Positions 36,368-48,324 of a stretch of 64,000 nucleotides of DNA are shown here, piece after piece. This stretch comes from a virus. How positions within the stretch are numbered: position 1 is the stretch's first letter; every line of letters starts with the position of its first letter. Where the stretch lies: positions 1 through 64,000 of the IMG/VR virus record IMGVR_UViG_3300025264_000007. One strand, given 5' to 3'. Below the pieces are notes generated by a model. That model saw nothing but the letters and a program-made list of their open reading frames with translations, had not been told where the DNA came from and searched no databases. A program made the position numbers and the translations under genes.

Positions 36368-36737
36368 CGGGCACTTCCTCCTCTGTCATTTTTTGAACGA
36401 AGGCATCGAATCCCTTAAGCTGGCTGAGTGTCTCAGTGAGATCGCCGAGGTTGTGAATCGGTTGCCCTGGTGGGTCGGCGGCGGAGGTGGTCTCCGGGCT
36501 TCCTTCCAGCTTGGCTCGTTCAAAACTGAGAAGCATATCTTTATATTGCCGTAGCTGATGGGCTGCCTCATCCAAACGTTCCAGGGCCTCCTCAATGTCG
36601 TTGGCTAGAGAATCGGTGCCGGCAGCTTCTAGCTCTTCCACCGCTCTATTAAGACGGTAAGCCTCCTCTAACACCAGACACCTCATAGTGGCGGGTACGC
36701 GACCCACCTCTACTTCAAAGTTAATTGTTGCTCGCAT
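36351..36737 (-). CDS. Hypothetical coiled-coil protein
   Basis: SD AAGGAG. Confidence 0.65.
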   Translation of the reverse strand: MRATINFEVEVGRVPATMRCLVLEEAYRLNRAVEELEAAGTDSLANDIEEALERLDEAAHQLRQYKDMLLSFERAKLEGSPETTSAADPPGQPIHNLGDLTETLSQLKGFDAFVQKMTEEEVPDDDDS

Positions 36738-36791
36738 ATACTAATTTCTCCTTACTAGGATTATCTCTCACTCTTTACATTTTGTTAAGAG

Positions 36792-37436
36792 TTAGTTCTT
36801 TTTCTTTTTCTTCCGCTGTGCCGCCTTGAGGCAGCGGTCTTGCAGCCTGACCTTCTCTCCATTTACGAGGAGGGTTGAGGAGGCGTGGAGCCCGGTAGCG
36901 TGGTTCTCCATCACCAGACCAAACTGGTTGTGAAGTTTGCGGTTATTTACCAAATTGTAGTTGGCTCGGATGAGGCAGAGCGATCCAGCCGGGAAGGCAG
37001 GCGGCTCAGTCGCAGTAGCGATGGCCTTCTTGGCGTACTTGTTTTTGGCAATTGCTTCAAACTGGCGCTCGGTTGGAACGAAGTCCTCGTCAAGCAAAAT
37101 CTTGCCGGATAGGTCGCTGAAGTATTGAGTTGTGCGATAGTATTTGGCGACGATGAGGGCAGTGGGGCGGTGGTGAGCCTTGTATGACTGAACCCAACGC
37201 TCGCGCTTCAGGACAGTCTCGGGAGAATAGCGTTGCTCCATGCGCTCAAAGCACTCAATCTGCTTGGGGCTCAACTTGCCGCCATCCCCGAACTGACGTT
37301 CCAGAGATTCCGCAAACTGGCGATCCTTTTCAGACAGCTTCTTAGCCATCAAAGACTCAAAGCGAGCCTCGCCGTTCTCAACTTCAAGGCGTTCAGCACG
37401 TTGACGGCGGGGATACATTTGGTGCCAGTATGACAT
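36792..37436 (-). CDS. Hypothetical early protein
   Basis: SD GGAGG, own promoter; F.ESL..Q....LSPKQ pattern, C-terminal FPAGSL SH3-like part. Confidence 0.7.
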   Translation of the reverse strand: MSYWHQMYPRRQRAERLEVENGEARFESLMAKKLSEKDRQFAESLERQFGDGGKLSPKQIECFERMEQRYSPETVLKRERWVQSYKAHHRPTALIVAKYYRTTQYFSDLSGKILLDEDFVPTERQFEAIAKNKYAKKAIATATEPPAFPAGSLCLIRANYNLVNNRKLHNQFGLVMENHATGLHASSTLLVNGEKVRLQDRCLKAAQRKKKKKN

Positions 37437-37457
37437 AGGGGTCTTTCCTCCATAACT

Positions 37458-37485
37458 ATATTAGCATGGATGGGGGGCATGTCAA
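37458..37485 (-). promoter_or_regulatory. Early-type promoter (ATCCRTG class)
   Basis: TTGACA-TGCCCCCCATCCATGC-TAATAT. Confidence 0.8.
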
Positions 37486-37629
37486 GTTTTTTTATTCCCC
37501 CCAGTCTTCCAGTAATATTTGGTTTTTTTTAATATTTTCTCTAACTTCCTCGCACTTCTTCCAGCGATTGCGGTAATAAATCGCTCCCCCTAGAAAAATG
37601 AGTGAGAGAAATAAGCCCAACATTTCATA

Positions 37630-38103
37630 TTACTTCATCATCAGGTCCATGAAATGTTTGACCCACATAGCCCCAGCGGCGGTGGCAATTAACCAAATGA
37701 CCTTGGTGATGCCTTCTTTCCAGCTTCTCAGTTCCGCCACTTCCATTTTGAGGTGTTCTACCTCTTCCAGATCTTTGTCTGCTTGGATCTTCCAGACTCC
37801 TAGTTCGCGTGCAAATTCTAATGAAGGCTTGGCCTCGTTGACAAACTCCATGCGTCTATCCGATTCTACCTCCAGTTGCTTTACTCGGCTGAAGAGTCCC
37901 GAGTCGGGTTCATAAATACTTTTCTTGATGCCGCGCATGCCTTGGAGCACCTCGTTTTGGGTTTCCTTGATGTGCGAGATCTCCATCAGGAGTTTATCAA
38001 ATCCCCCATTTAAGGATGATGCGCTGGCTAGTTTACACTCCATCTTGTCCACTTTGTGGAGAAGATTTTTTAGGATTTCTTCGCTCATTTTAATGACCCT
38101 CAC
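37630..38103 (-). CDS. Coiled-coil protein with C-terminal transmembrane helix
   Basis: PDSGLFSRV..LE; VIWLIATAAGAMW; late motif ACTAATTA at 38158-38165. Confidence 0.6.
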   Translation of the reverse strand: MRVIKMSEEILKNLLHKVDKMECKLASASSLNGGFDKLLMEISHIKETQNEVLQGMRGIKKSIYEPDSGLFSRVKQLEVESDRRMEFVNEAKPSLEFARELGVWKIQADKDLEEVEHLKMEVAELRSWKEGITKVIWLIATAAGAMWVKHFMDLMMK

Positions 38104-38181
38104 ATAAAAAAGACCAGCACAAAATATACTGATCTTTATGTATGAAACCGGCTGTTCTAATTAGTCGCTAGACTTGTGTTT

Positions 38182-40286
<2,105 letters not shown>

Positions 40287-40315
<29 letters not shown>

Positions 40316-41237
40316 TCTCCTTTACGTTTAAGATTAATATTTCATTAGATTTTCCCATCTTCTTGACAGTCGCTTGGGAAGCGGCATTGAGCAAATCCAA
40401 GATGGGGGTAATTATCTCTTTATCTTTTAGCGCCTCGGAATTCTGGATCCCTTCCATCAGCGCAATACTCTTTTTGAGGTCACGGCGCACAGCTTTCTCT
40501 TCTGCGGTATAAATATTCTTCATACCATAACTCCAAACAGGATACTCGATTTGATAATCTTTGTATAGTTCCAAAATTTCGGGATGGCGATTATATGAAA
40601 TTGCCCAGTTATTCTTTTTCTTTATTTCTTTCGCGAACCTGAGATGATCGAAATCCTTATGCGTCGAACCCCTCTCACCGTATAGAGTAGAGTTTTCCAA
40701 AAGATATGGTGGGTCAGCGTAGATAAAAGTCTCATCGTCGTGCCTCCGTAAGCTGTCTTCAAAGTCTGCCTGCTCTACACTTAGAGAGTGACATACAAAG
40801 TTTTTTAGGCGGTCGATGCTGCTTTGGGTAAACCTCTTCTCCGCGGCTTGGTTGGAGTATCCTGCACTCAGAGTGCATCCGCTAAATGAGGAGCGGTTCA
40901 AAGCATAGAACATACAGGCCCGCTGCATGGCATCGTAATCTATCCAAGCCTGTTTCTTAAGAAAATCTGAGAACATTTTGGGGGTGCAAGGATGGAACGA
41001 CGTCTCAAGAAGAGTGGCGACTGCTTCTGGCTGTGTCAAAACATGCTGCCAGAAGTTGGTGAGAGGCTCAAAGATATCGTAGCCATGAACTCTGACGCCC
41101 TGAGAGGCGTAATGAATTTCAATGGAACCACCGCCAAAAAAGGGACTGACAATTTCTGTCAGGTCTTTTGGGAAATATTTGGTTATTTCTTTGAGTGCTC
41201 TTGTTTTACCACCGGGGTATCTTAAGAGAGATTTCAA
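40287..41237 (-). CDS. Dam-family (D12) DNA adenine methyltransferase
   Basis: LRYPGGK, SPFFGGGS, NRSSFSG, YADPPY, ISYN, EILI. Confidence 0.92.
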
Positions 41238-41262
41238 TCTTCCTCGCTTTCTTAGTCTGATT

Positions 41263-42933
41263 CTACCACGGTTCGCCCGTTGGCTTAATAGAGCTAAATA
41301 CCCGAGAAGCGTACTTCATTCTAATTTTGGCTAGCTTGGTTCCTTCGCTATCAGAAATTCCTATTGCATCTCTTCCTACCGGGGAAAATGTGAACCCTTG
41401 AGTCTCATTGTTGATATCTTGTGCTTTTTTCGTGGCTTTGCTAATGGTGGCGCTGTAGGGCGTCTTCTTTCCGCGCCCGGTCACTTGAATCCACGGAGGA
41501 GTTAAAGCGTCGCCTTCTTGCCTCACCCAAAAATACAAAAAGTGCTCTTTAAAGTCATCAAGAGCCATGTTGGTGTAAGTGTCGAGCACTTGATCTCGCG
41601 CATACTCCAACAACTGTCCCCCTGCCGTCTTTAGGTTCTTCAATAAAATGGGAGCCAGGTTCCCCATCCCCGTGGCTGAGAAAGGTGATATACCCTTGAG
41701 AGAGGGGTCATACCCTTCGTCGTTGGGGTCATCGATTGGGTTAATAGTTTTTTCGAGACGCTTTACAAAAAGTTTAAGGGCCTGCGCGCTCAGAGACCGG
41801 TATTCACCCGTTCCCTTTCCCTTTTTTTGGATTTCCTTTCCTAGCATCATCGAAAGAGCTTCAGCATATTTGCCAGGGTGCTTGGCTAGGTGGGCATTCA
41901 CAGTGTTTAAAACTGCCGTTCTGAGTTCCTCGCGCTTCTTTTCAATAGCGTAATATGATTTTTGTCCGGGAATTCCTAAGATTGTTTGTTTTAAATCCAG
42001 CCGAATCCCCGCTTTCATCTGTTTTGTGGTGATCCCCCCAACAGGATCCAAAAGACTGCCGATGCCCCGGTTCGCCCAGGCGATATCAGCCTTCTTTTGT
42101 TTAGTAGATTTGGCCGAAATTCCAAGAAAGTAGCCACCCCCAGCTAACTTACTTGGCTTCTTGTATTGAACGACGACGTCGGAAGGGTTCAACCGTTGGT
42201 CAACGGTTTTGCCGGGTTCCGGTGTGGGGCTGTCAGCCCCATAGATAAACTCGCCGAGGGAGCCTTTGCGTGCGGTCCATGCCACTCGGGCGACGTTGTT
42301 CGTGTACCCCCCCTGGTTCAACAGGTCATACATCGCCTGAGCCCTTCCCTTCTGGGCGTCGAGGCGTTTCTCATAATTCTTGGGGAACATCGCCTCAAGC
42401 TCATCTTCTCTTTGGGTGAGTGTCGCCTTGGCATCTCCGCCATGGGAGAAAATATTATCATAAGTGGAGCCATTAAGAAGATACGCTAAGTGGATCTCAT
42501 TAATGTCACCCTCTAAGGTTTGTTCTGCTGCTTCCGCGAGCAACTCTTCCACCACCACATCAACGAACTCATGTAGATTATTCAGACCTTCCCCGATTTT
42601 AATCGTGAGGGGAAGTTTAGCCTTCTCTTGAACGATCGCCGTCATCAACGCTGGAGAATGGTAGCGCAACTCTTCATCTACGTCAGGGCATCCGCAACTC
42701 TCAACCGCCCCCTTAACGTAGTCATCGACGCTGGCGGCACAGCCGCCATCTAAAAATAAATTCTGGCTAAAGATTTCTTGCTGATGATCCGTAAGCGTAT
42801 CCCAATTGGGATATTGCATCCCGTTCATTTTAAGCCGACGATCTAGCTCTCTCACCTTGTCGCTGAATTCATTATGAACCGCTGGGTGACTCCCTATGTT
42901 AGCTACGTTTTCTGGCTTAAAGTTGGCATACAT
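41263..42933 (-). CDS. Hypothetical protein with putative PD-(D/E)xK-variant nuclease domain
   Basis: GDINE..., NPSDVVV...GISAK motif. Confidence 0.5.
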   Translation of the reverse strand: MYANFKPENVANIGSHPAVHNEFSDKVRELDRRLKMNGMQYPNWDTLTDHQQEIFSQNLFLDGGCAASVDDYVKGAVESCGCPDVDEELRYHSPALMTAIVQEKAKLPLTIKIGEGLNNLHEFVDVVVEELLAEAAEQTLEGDINEIHLAYLLNGSTYDNIFSHGGDAKATLTQREDELEAMFPKNYEKRLDAQKGRAQAMYDLLNQGGYTNNVARVAWTARKGSLGEFIYGADSPTPEPGKTVDQRLNPSDVVVQYKKPSKLAGGGYFLGISAKSTKQKKADIAWANRGIGSLLDPVGGITTKQMKAGIRLDLKQTILGIPGQKSYYAIEKKREELRTAVLNTVNAHLAKHPGKYAEALSMMLGKEIQKKGKGTGEYRSLSAQALKLFVKRLEKTINPIDDPNDEGYDPSLKGISPFSATGMGNLAPILLKNLKTAGGQLLEYARDQVLDTYTNMALDDFKEHFLYFWVRQEGDALTPPWIQVTGRGKKTPYSATISKATKKAQDINNETQGFTFSPVGRDAIGISDSEGTKLAKIRMKYASRVFSSIKPTGEPW

Positions 42934-43424
42934 TACAGATTGTTAATTTCGCTTTGGATCATGGTGCGCAGGGAGTGGATGGACTCTGTCTTTGCTTTCT
43001 TTTCTTTCTCTGCTTTTTCCATCGACTCGTCCTCGTCACCATCCTTGTCCAAGTCAAGGAAGTCGGGCTTCTTGGCTTCGGTGCGTTGTCCCGGTGACAA
43101 CTCGTCAGCGCGGCTTTTGATTCGGCGCATCAAGTCATTGACTAACTCATATATCTCGTGCTCCTCTGTTCCGTCAAGGTAAGGAATAAAATCATCGCGA
43201 AGAGAATACATCATGCCTTGCAGTTGATGAAGGGCAACTCTGTCTCCCCCCATGCGTCCCACGGTCAGATGCTTGGGAATAGCTTTTCCTTCTTCTGACC
43301 AGCGATTAATGTTTTGCATGAGGGCATTAGGTGGAGCGGCGGGGCGCACCTCTTCATGAAGAGATTGGTATTCCTCTTTGATGATTTGTGCTAACCGTGC
43401 TTTGGTAATTTTATATTGGGACAT
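42933..43424 (-). CDS. Hypothetical late protein with KITKARLAQIIKEE leader and EF-hand-like loop
   Basis: SD AAGGAG; KPDFLDLDKDGDEDE; late motif at 43458-43465. Confidence 0.7.
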   Translation of the reverse strand: MSQYKITKARLAQIIKEEYQSLHEEVRPAAPPNALMQNINRWSEEGKAIPKHLTVGRMGGDRVALHQLQGMMYSLRDDFIPYLDGTEEHEIYELVNDLMRRIKSRADELSPGQRTEAKKPDFLDLDKDGDEDESMEKAEKEKKAKTESIHSLRTMIQSEINNL

Positions 43425-43464
43425 TATTTATTTTCTCCTTGTGAGATGACCTATCTATAAATAG

Positions 43465-44178
43465 TCACTTATCTAGGTGATTTCTCAATTCTTCTTCAGT
43501 TAATAGTGTATACGAAAATGAGTTGCCGTATAGATCCGCCGACTGCTTACAAAGGCTGACGAACTCATCATAATCTTTCACCCGTTTAAACACTTGGCAA
43601 CCCGCACTCCACTTGTTGACAATATACGATTCTGTGTAAGGATTGCTCCGATGGATATTGATCCCAAAGAAGCCCTGGTTAACGTGACACTCCATGCGCT
43701 GATAATCAATCACGTCATCTTTGTTGTTGTCGCGCCACACTCCCACCTTTTGGCGCTGAACTAGGGCTTCATATCTTCCCTGGTGTTTTCCAAGTTGCCA
43801 GCCTCCTCGGTATTGGTTGGGAACCAAGACAGCCGTTCCCTGGGGATTCATGGGGTTTTCTAGCCAATACTTGCCCGGATCAGTCGTGATGGAGTATCTT
43901 TTCTGAATCATCAACTCTTCTTCTCGGTAGAGCACCAGCATAAAATCATCAAACTCGTTGGTGCCTTGGTTGTCGCGGCGCACCCCTATTAAATTTAAGT
44001 TTAGTTTTTTGTTTGCCCCGTCGAAAAAGACGTAGCCTTTCGCTTTCATCAGCGACATAATATTTGGGGAAGTTAGGAGTTCTTCTAGTGACTTAGGTGG
44101 GCTCTTCGGGGCCCGTGGGTTTTGCGGCTTTCGCAGCAAGTTCATTAGAAGATTTAATAATTGAGTTAACAAGTTCAT
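43465..44178 (-). CDS. Endolysin-like L,D-transpeptidase-fold protein
   Basis: NLIGVR..FDD, TTDPG, GINIHR...WSAGCQV (His/Cys dyad). Confidence 0.7.
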   Translation of the reverse strand: MNLLTQLLNLLMNLLRKPQNPRAPKSPPKSLEELLTSPNIMSLMKAKGYVFFDGANKKLNLNLIGVRRDNQGTNEFDDFMLVLYREEELMIQKRYSITTDPGKYWLENPMNPQGTAVLVPNQYRGGWQLGKHQGRYEALVQRQKVGVWRDNNKDDVIDYQRMECHVNQGFFGINIHRSNPYTESYIVNKWSAGCQVFKRVKDYDEFVSLCKQSADLYGNSFSYTLLTEEELRNHLDK

Positions 44179-44452
44179 TCATTTCCGTGTCGGGTTTCAT
44201 CTTATAGAGCAACTCGCTGCCGTCTTCCTTGAATTCTAATTCTGCGGTTCCTAGTTTGTAATACATTAACATCGTTAAATAGGCTGGCAGGTTAAAATCG
44301 GGGTCATCTTGGACTTGGCGGTGTATCCATCTCATTACCCGAGCGGCAAAGAAAGCTTTCTCGGCGTGGATCACATTGTCGTCGCCTTCCTTAATATAAC
44401 CTTCTTCCTCTAAAAGTTTAATGACATTAAATGTCAACTTTTCCTCGCTCAT
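44093..44452 (-). CDS. Hypothetical protein
   Basis: Start re-set to MSEEKL. Confidence 0.55.
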   Translation of the reverse strand: MSEEKLTFNVIKLLEEEGYIKEGDDNVIHAEKAFFAARVMRWIHRQVQDDPDFNLPAYLTMLMYYKLGTAELEFKEDGSELLYKMKPDTEMNELVNSIIKSSNELAAKAAKPTGPEEPT

Positions 44453-45356
44453 CTCGCATCTTCTGAATGCGGTCGGCGGCTTGCTGGCTTCCACGGAAAC
44501 CTTCGGGTCCGCCGGGCTCTAAGGTCGTGACGCCTCGGATCTCCAATTCGTCTTCAATCCACGCTTGTCCGATGGGGTTGCCCACCGGGGCTGTGACAAA
44601 CCCCATGGCGGCATCAACAATCGCATCTTCGGGAGGGCCAAACTCTGTGTTGTCCACGACAACAAAGTTGTCCCCGAAGAGTTCAGCGTAGGCATCTTTA
44701 TTATCTTGTACGTCTTGCCACATCTGCCGCACCCCATCTTCGGGGAGTTTGCGGGATCGGGCTGCGTTTCTTTCTAGGGCTACTTCCATAGTAGTATCCA
44801 CGAACAACATCAGCGTGTCATACCCCAGCGATTCCATCGCTTCTTTTTGTCCCAGTGTTTTCTTGTAGCGGCGGCCTGTTCCGTCAACGAGCAACCCAAG
44901 TCTTCCACTTGTGTAAAATGCTTTAAGTGCATTGAGTTGGTCTTTGGCTACGTTACGAATAGAGTCGGGGCTTGCGCCCTGAATAGCATCCCAAACGGCT
45001 GGGTCTGTTTGTTCAATGGTGGCAAGGTCGCTTGGGCTGATCCCGGCTTTGTTTAGACCCCTCTCAAATAATCTATCAGAATTAACATACTTGAGCCCAG
45101 TGTTCCCCAGGAACGAGGCGTTCTCAAAAGTGCTAGCACCTTTGGAGTTGCGCATCCCAAAAACCAAGTCAGCTACAAAAGATTTGCCGCTGCCGGGTCC
45201 GCCCGCTGTAAAGACACACTTAAGGATGCCTCGATCAAAGACGCCCTCCTCCAGAGTCTCGGGCTGCTCAAGCAGCCACTTAAGTTTTTCGGGCTGATAC
45301 GAAGAAACGACCTCCTTGATCAAATCACGAAGGTCGTCTTCTTGGAAACGATTCAT
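44427..45356 (-). CDS. P-loop kinase (AAA_33/zeta-toxin-like) with LRDLIKE leader
   Basis: AGGPGSGKS, VNSD..FE, LLVDGTG, FVDT..EVALERNAAR.R. Confidence 0.8.
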   Translation of the reverse strand: MNRFQEDDLRDLIKEVVSSYQPEKLKWLLEQPETLEEGVFDRGILKCVFTAGGPGSGKSFVADLVFGMRNSKGASTFENASFLGNTGLKYVNSDRLFERGLNKAGISPSDLATIEQTDPAVWDAIQGASPDSIRNVAKDQLNALKAFYTSGRLGLLVDGTGRRYKKTLGQKEAMESLGYDTLMLFVDTTMEVALERNAARSRKLPEDGVRQMWQDVQDNKDAYAELFGDNFVVVDNTEFGPPEDAIVDAAMGFVTAPVGNPIGQAWIEDELEIRGVTTLEPGGPEGFRGSQQAADRIQKMRDERGKVDI

Positions 45357-45373
45357 TATTTTCTCCCGAAGGA

Positions 45374-46048
45374 TTACTTGCGTCGCAGGAGTCGTTCGAC
45401 CACTCGTTTAAGAACTGCTTCGGTGAGTTCCTCGTCATCAATGACCTCAAGATCGAGAGCCTCATCCTTGCGGTTGTTGACGAAGGCGTCGTCGCCCTTC
45501 TTCTCGCCACGACCCTTTCCGCTGGTCTTTTTCTTTGTTCCCTCGGCTCCGCGCTCTTCGGCTCCCTTGCGCATATCTTCGCCGGGCTTTTCCTTCTTGG
45601 CGGTGTAATCCTTGTCTTCCCCAATGTCGCGACGGTTGTAGGCGCGGCGGTTGCCAGCATCGTCTCCCATATCCATTTCTTCATCGGCAGCGTCATCAAG
45701 CTCATCCGACACATCCATGCCCATATCCATCTCGTCGTCAGCGGCTTCGTCAGCGGCTTCGTCACCGGCCTCGCCTTCGACTTCAATCTCGACTCCCGTT
45801 TCCGAGGAAATAGCATCCACCACGGCGGCGACGATGCGTTCAACCGCTTCTTCTTCGCCCACGTCTGCGGCAGCTTCTTCGCCTGCTTCCATCTCGGCTT
45901 CGCCGGCTTCGACCTCGTCTTCCGCAGCCCCCATCTCGTCTTCCATGTCGTCTTGCTCGTCGAGCCAGTTCTCCGTGAGCGGTGCCATGTTGGCAAGCTT
46001 GCCCCAACGGCGCAAAACACGTTCGTTCAAAAGAGTCTTCTTGGTCAT
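45374..46048 (-). CDS. Highly acidic protein, prohead core/scaffold-like
   Basis: LLNE..LRRW.KLA N-terminus, Glu/Asp/Met-rich low complexity, EAVLKRVVERL C-terminus; SD AAGGAG; late motif at 46089-46096. Confidence 0.6.
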   Translation of the reverse strand: MTKKTLLNERVLRRWGKLANMAPLTENWLDEQDDMEDEMGAAEDEVEAGEAEMEAGEEAAADVGEEEAVERIVAAVVDAISSETGVEIEVEGEAGDEAADEAADDEMDMGMDVSDELDDAADEEMDMGDDAGNRRAYNRRDIGEDKDYTAKKEKPGEDMRKGAEERGAEGTKKKTSGKGRGEKKGDDAFVNNRKDEALDLEVIDDEELTEAVLKRVVERLLRRK

Positions 46049-46116
46049 TATAATAATCTCCTTAAATGATTGGGTCATCAATCATTATTAAGTAGTTTGC
46101 CAATAGGGAAAAGCAC

Positions 46117-46449
46117 CTATTCTTCCTCAAAATCTTCAAAAACGCCGGCCCCCTTAAGTTTCTTAAAAGCCGCATGTTCGATCTGGCTAATCCTAGGAAA
46201 GCTTACCCCCATGCGTTCCGCCACTTCTCGCAGGCTTAATCCGTTGTCATGCTTGCGCGCACAAACCACAGCACAATTCAAGTCTTCGCTGTGGTTCATC
46301 CAGTTCCTGCACGCTGTTGCGTCACACTCCACTCTCCATTTTTCATGCACCTCAAAACAGGTGGGGTCGGGGCTATACTGAGTTTCAAATTCTGTAGGGT
46401 CTTTGTCTTTTTCTTGTTGCTGAGTTTTAGGATCTTTACGATAAAACAT
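46117..46449 (-). CDS. Small sigma70 region-4 HTH protein with Cys-rich N-terminus
   Basis: LSLREVAERMGVSFPRISQIE..AFKKL; C..C..CR.W..NC. Confidence 0.8.
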   Translation of the reverse strand: MFYRKDPKTQQQEKDKDPTEFETQYSPDPTCFEVHEKWRVECDATACRNWMNHSEDLNCAVVCARKHDNGLSLREVAERMGVSFPRISQIEHAAFKKLKGAGVFEDFEEE

Positions 46450-47508
46450 TTATTTTCTCCGAGCGTTGTAGGTGTTGAGAATGTGGGCTCCACTCTCGTG
46501 AGTTCCGGCAGAAGTTTGCCTCGCCCATTCTACCTTATATCGGAGTTCTGTCAAGTTTCGTGCCCCCGAATAAGAGAGCCCACTTTTTATACCTCCTCTC
46601 AACTCTAAGAGAATATCCCCCACATTTCCTTTGTAAGGAATATAAGAAGCCACTCCCTCGGGAGTGGATGACTTGTTGCGCCAGTCGAGTTGAGCATCTT
46701 TGGAAGCCATTCCCCGATATTCTTTTACGGGATAGCCGTCGGGATGGTAAGCCACTGCCCCAGGAGTTTCGGTGGTTCCCGCAAGCAGGGATCCACACAT
46801 CACGAAGTCAGCGCCAGCGGCTAAGGCTTTGACGATATCTCCGGAGCTTTTGATTCCTCCGTCTGCGATGATCGCGACGTCTCGGTCAGTTCTCGCGCAA
46901 TCAAAGATGGTCTGGAGACCTGGGACGCCATGCCCAGTAACCACACGAGTAGAACAGATGGAACCCCCACCAATATTACAACGTATAGAATCAGCACCCC
47001 AGTCGGCAAGATCATTGACCCCCTCTAAGGTACATACGTTGCCCGCCATAATATGGATATGATTATCGTATTCTTCCCTCAAATTCTTGAGGGCTTCCTT
47101 CATCAAGATGTGATGACCGTGGGCAACATCTACGCAGAGGGTGTCTACCCCAGCCGCCACCAGGGCTGCGGCTCGTCTCATGTAATCGTCGGTCACGCCG
47201 ATGGCTGCTGCGACGTTGCCAGACCAGTCGGTCTGCTGAATAGCGTGTTGAGCCATCTTCGCCTGTTCTTCTACCGTATGGTACCTGTGAAGAATTGCCA
47301 TACCTCCAGCGTTGTTCATGGCAATAGCCATAGCATCTTCGGATACGGTGTCCATCGGCGATGCGATGATGGGGAGTTCTAAAACTTTTCCTCTCCCCAG
47401 GTCGCTTGATATATCTACCTCGCTTCTGCTCTTGATATCGCTGTATTGCGGTACCATCAGCATATCGTCGTAGGTGACTGCTTCTTTAAATTTCATTGGA
47501 TTGCCCAT
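46450..47508 (-). CDS. IMP dehydrogenase / GMP reductase family (no CBS domains)
   Basis: TYDD, PIIASPMDTV, VDVAHGH, AGNV, GGGSICSTR, IADGGIK, YRGMAS, PEGV. Confidence 0.9.
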   Translation of the reverse strand: MGNPMKFKEAVTYDDMLMVPQYSDIKSRSEVDISSDLGRGKVLELPIIASPMDTVSEDAMAIAMNNAGGMAILHRYHTVEEQAKMAQHAIQQTDWSGNVAAAIGVTDDYMRRAAALVAAGVDTLCVDVAHGHHILMKEALKNLREEYDNHIHIMAGNVCTLEGVNDLADWGADSIRCNIGGGSICSTRVVTGHGVPGLQTIFDCARTDRDVAIIADGGIKSSGDIVKALAAGADFVMCGSLLAGTTETPGAVAYHPDGYPVKEYRGMASKDAQLDWRNKSSTPEGVASYIPYKGNVGDILLELRGGIKSGLSYSGARNLTELRYKVEWARQTSAGTHESGAHILNTYNARRK

Positions 47509-47767
47509 CTGCCAATTCCTTGGCTTGTTGTTGGCAGTCAGGGCAAAATAACCTGACTAATTTTTCTTGGTTTCTTACTGATACGCGCCAACTCATGTGA
47601 GCTTCACGCGTCTTGGGAAAATCTTTATTGCAACCCGAGCACTGCTCAGGCAGTTGACTGAAGAGGGTTAGCTGTGACTTCATGCGGATGGCAGCGTCTT
47701 GAGCTTTCCTCTTCTCTTTCTTTTTCTTGTTGGCTCGCTTGAGCTTCTTTTTATGTTTTTTATCCAT
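47486..47767 (-). CDS. Basic Zn-ribbon protein
   Basis: Start re-set to MDKKHKK; CSGC...LFCPDC. Confidence 0.65.
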   Translation of the reverse strand: MDKKHKKKLKRANKKKKEKRKAQDAAIRMKSQLTLFSQLPEQCSGCNKDFPKTREAHMSWRVSVRNQEKLVRLFCPDCQQQAKELADGQSNEI

Positions 47768-48278
47768 TGACCACCTCAAAGGGTTCGGTGCGATACTCTG
47801 CCAGCCAGTTCGGAACCTTGTCGGCTGGGTACCGTAAGCGCGGCTTGGATGCGTAGAACTTGCGGTAAGATACAACCGGGTTGGCTGACCTGAATTTCTC
47901 AGGCATCGCAAGTCGTAGGGGCGTGGGGCGCTGAGTGGGGAATCGCTCCCCATCAAACAAGATGACAATGCGATGAAGAACTTCGGAGCACTTGTGAGTC
48001 TTGTTGAACCGGCGACCATACTCCGCGATCATAGCGTCGCAGTGAACGACCAGCGACATAAAATTTGCGGCGGACTCCGCTGCCCACATACATGATGGGT
48101 GCTTGGGGTTGAACGAGCGATAAGGAGCGTCAAGCCCCTGCTCGTTGAGAACTGTAGATAAAATCTGACACGATTCTAAAATCATTTTAACCACGCGGAG
48201 GTTGTCTTGTGACTCCGCTGACTTGATCCAGTCAATCTCGCCGGTATCGGCGTTGCCCTCAATAGCAAAGATGTTCAT
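47760..48278 (-). CDS. Pyrimidine-dimer DNA glycosylase-like protein
   Basis: MNIF..., VVKMILESCQILST, KHPSCMW, EYGRRFNKTHK, LAMPE, YRKFY. Confidence 0.75.
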   Translation of the reverse strand: MNIFAIEGNADTGEIDWIKSAESQDNLRVVKMILESCQILSTVLNEQGLDAPYRSFNPKHPSCMWAAESAANFMSLVVHCDAMIAEYGRRFNKTHKCSEVLHRIVILFDGERFPTQRPTPLRLAMPEKFRSANPVVSYRKFYASKPRLRYPADKVPNWLAEYRTEPFEVVNG

Positions 48279-48296
48279 AAGTTCTCCATAGATACG

Positions 48297-48324
48297 ACTA
48301 TAGCACTTATCCTGCAAAGGTCAA
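48297..48324 (-). promoter_or_regulatory. Sigma70-type promoter, 16-nt spacer
   Basis: TTGACC-16-TATAGT with TG. Confidence 0.7.

Noticed and set aside
45650-45960. Repetitive GCTTCGTCAGCG-type sequence
   Set aside because: Explained by low-complexity acidic protein coding
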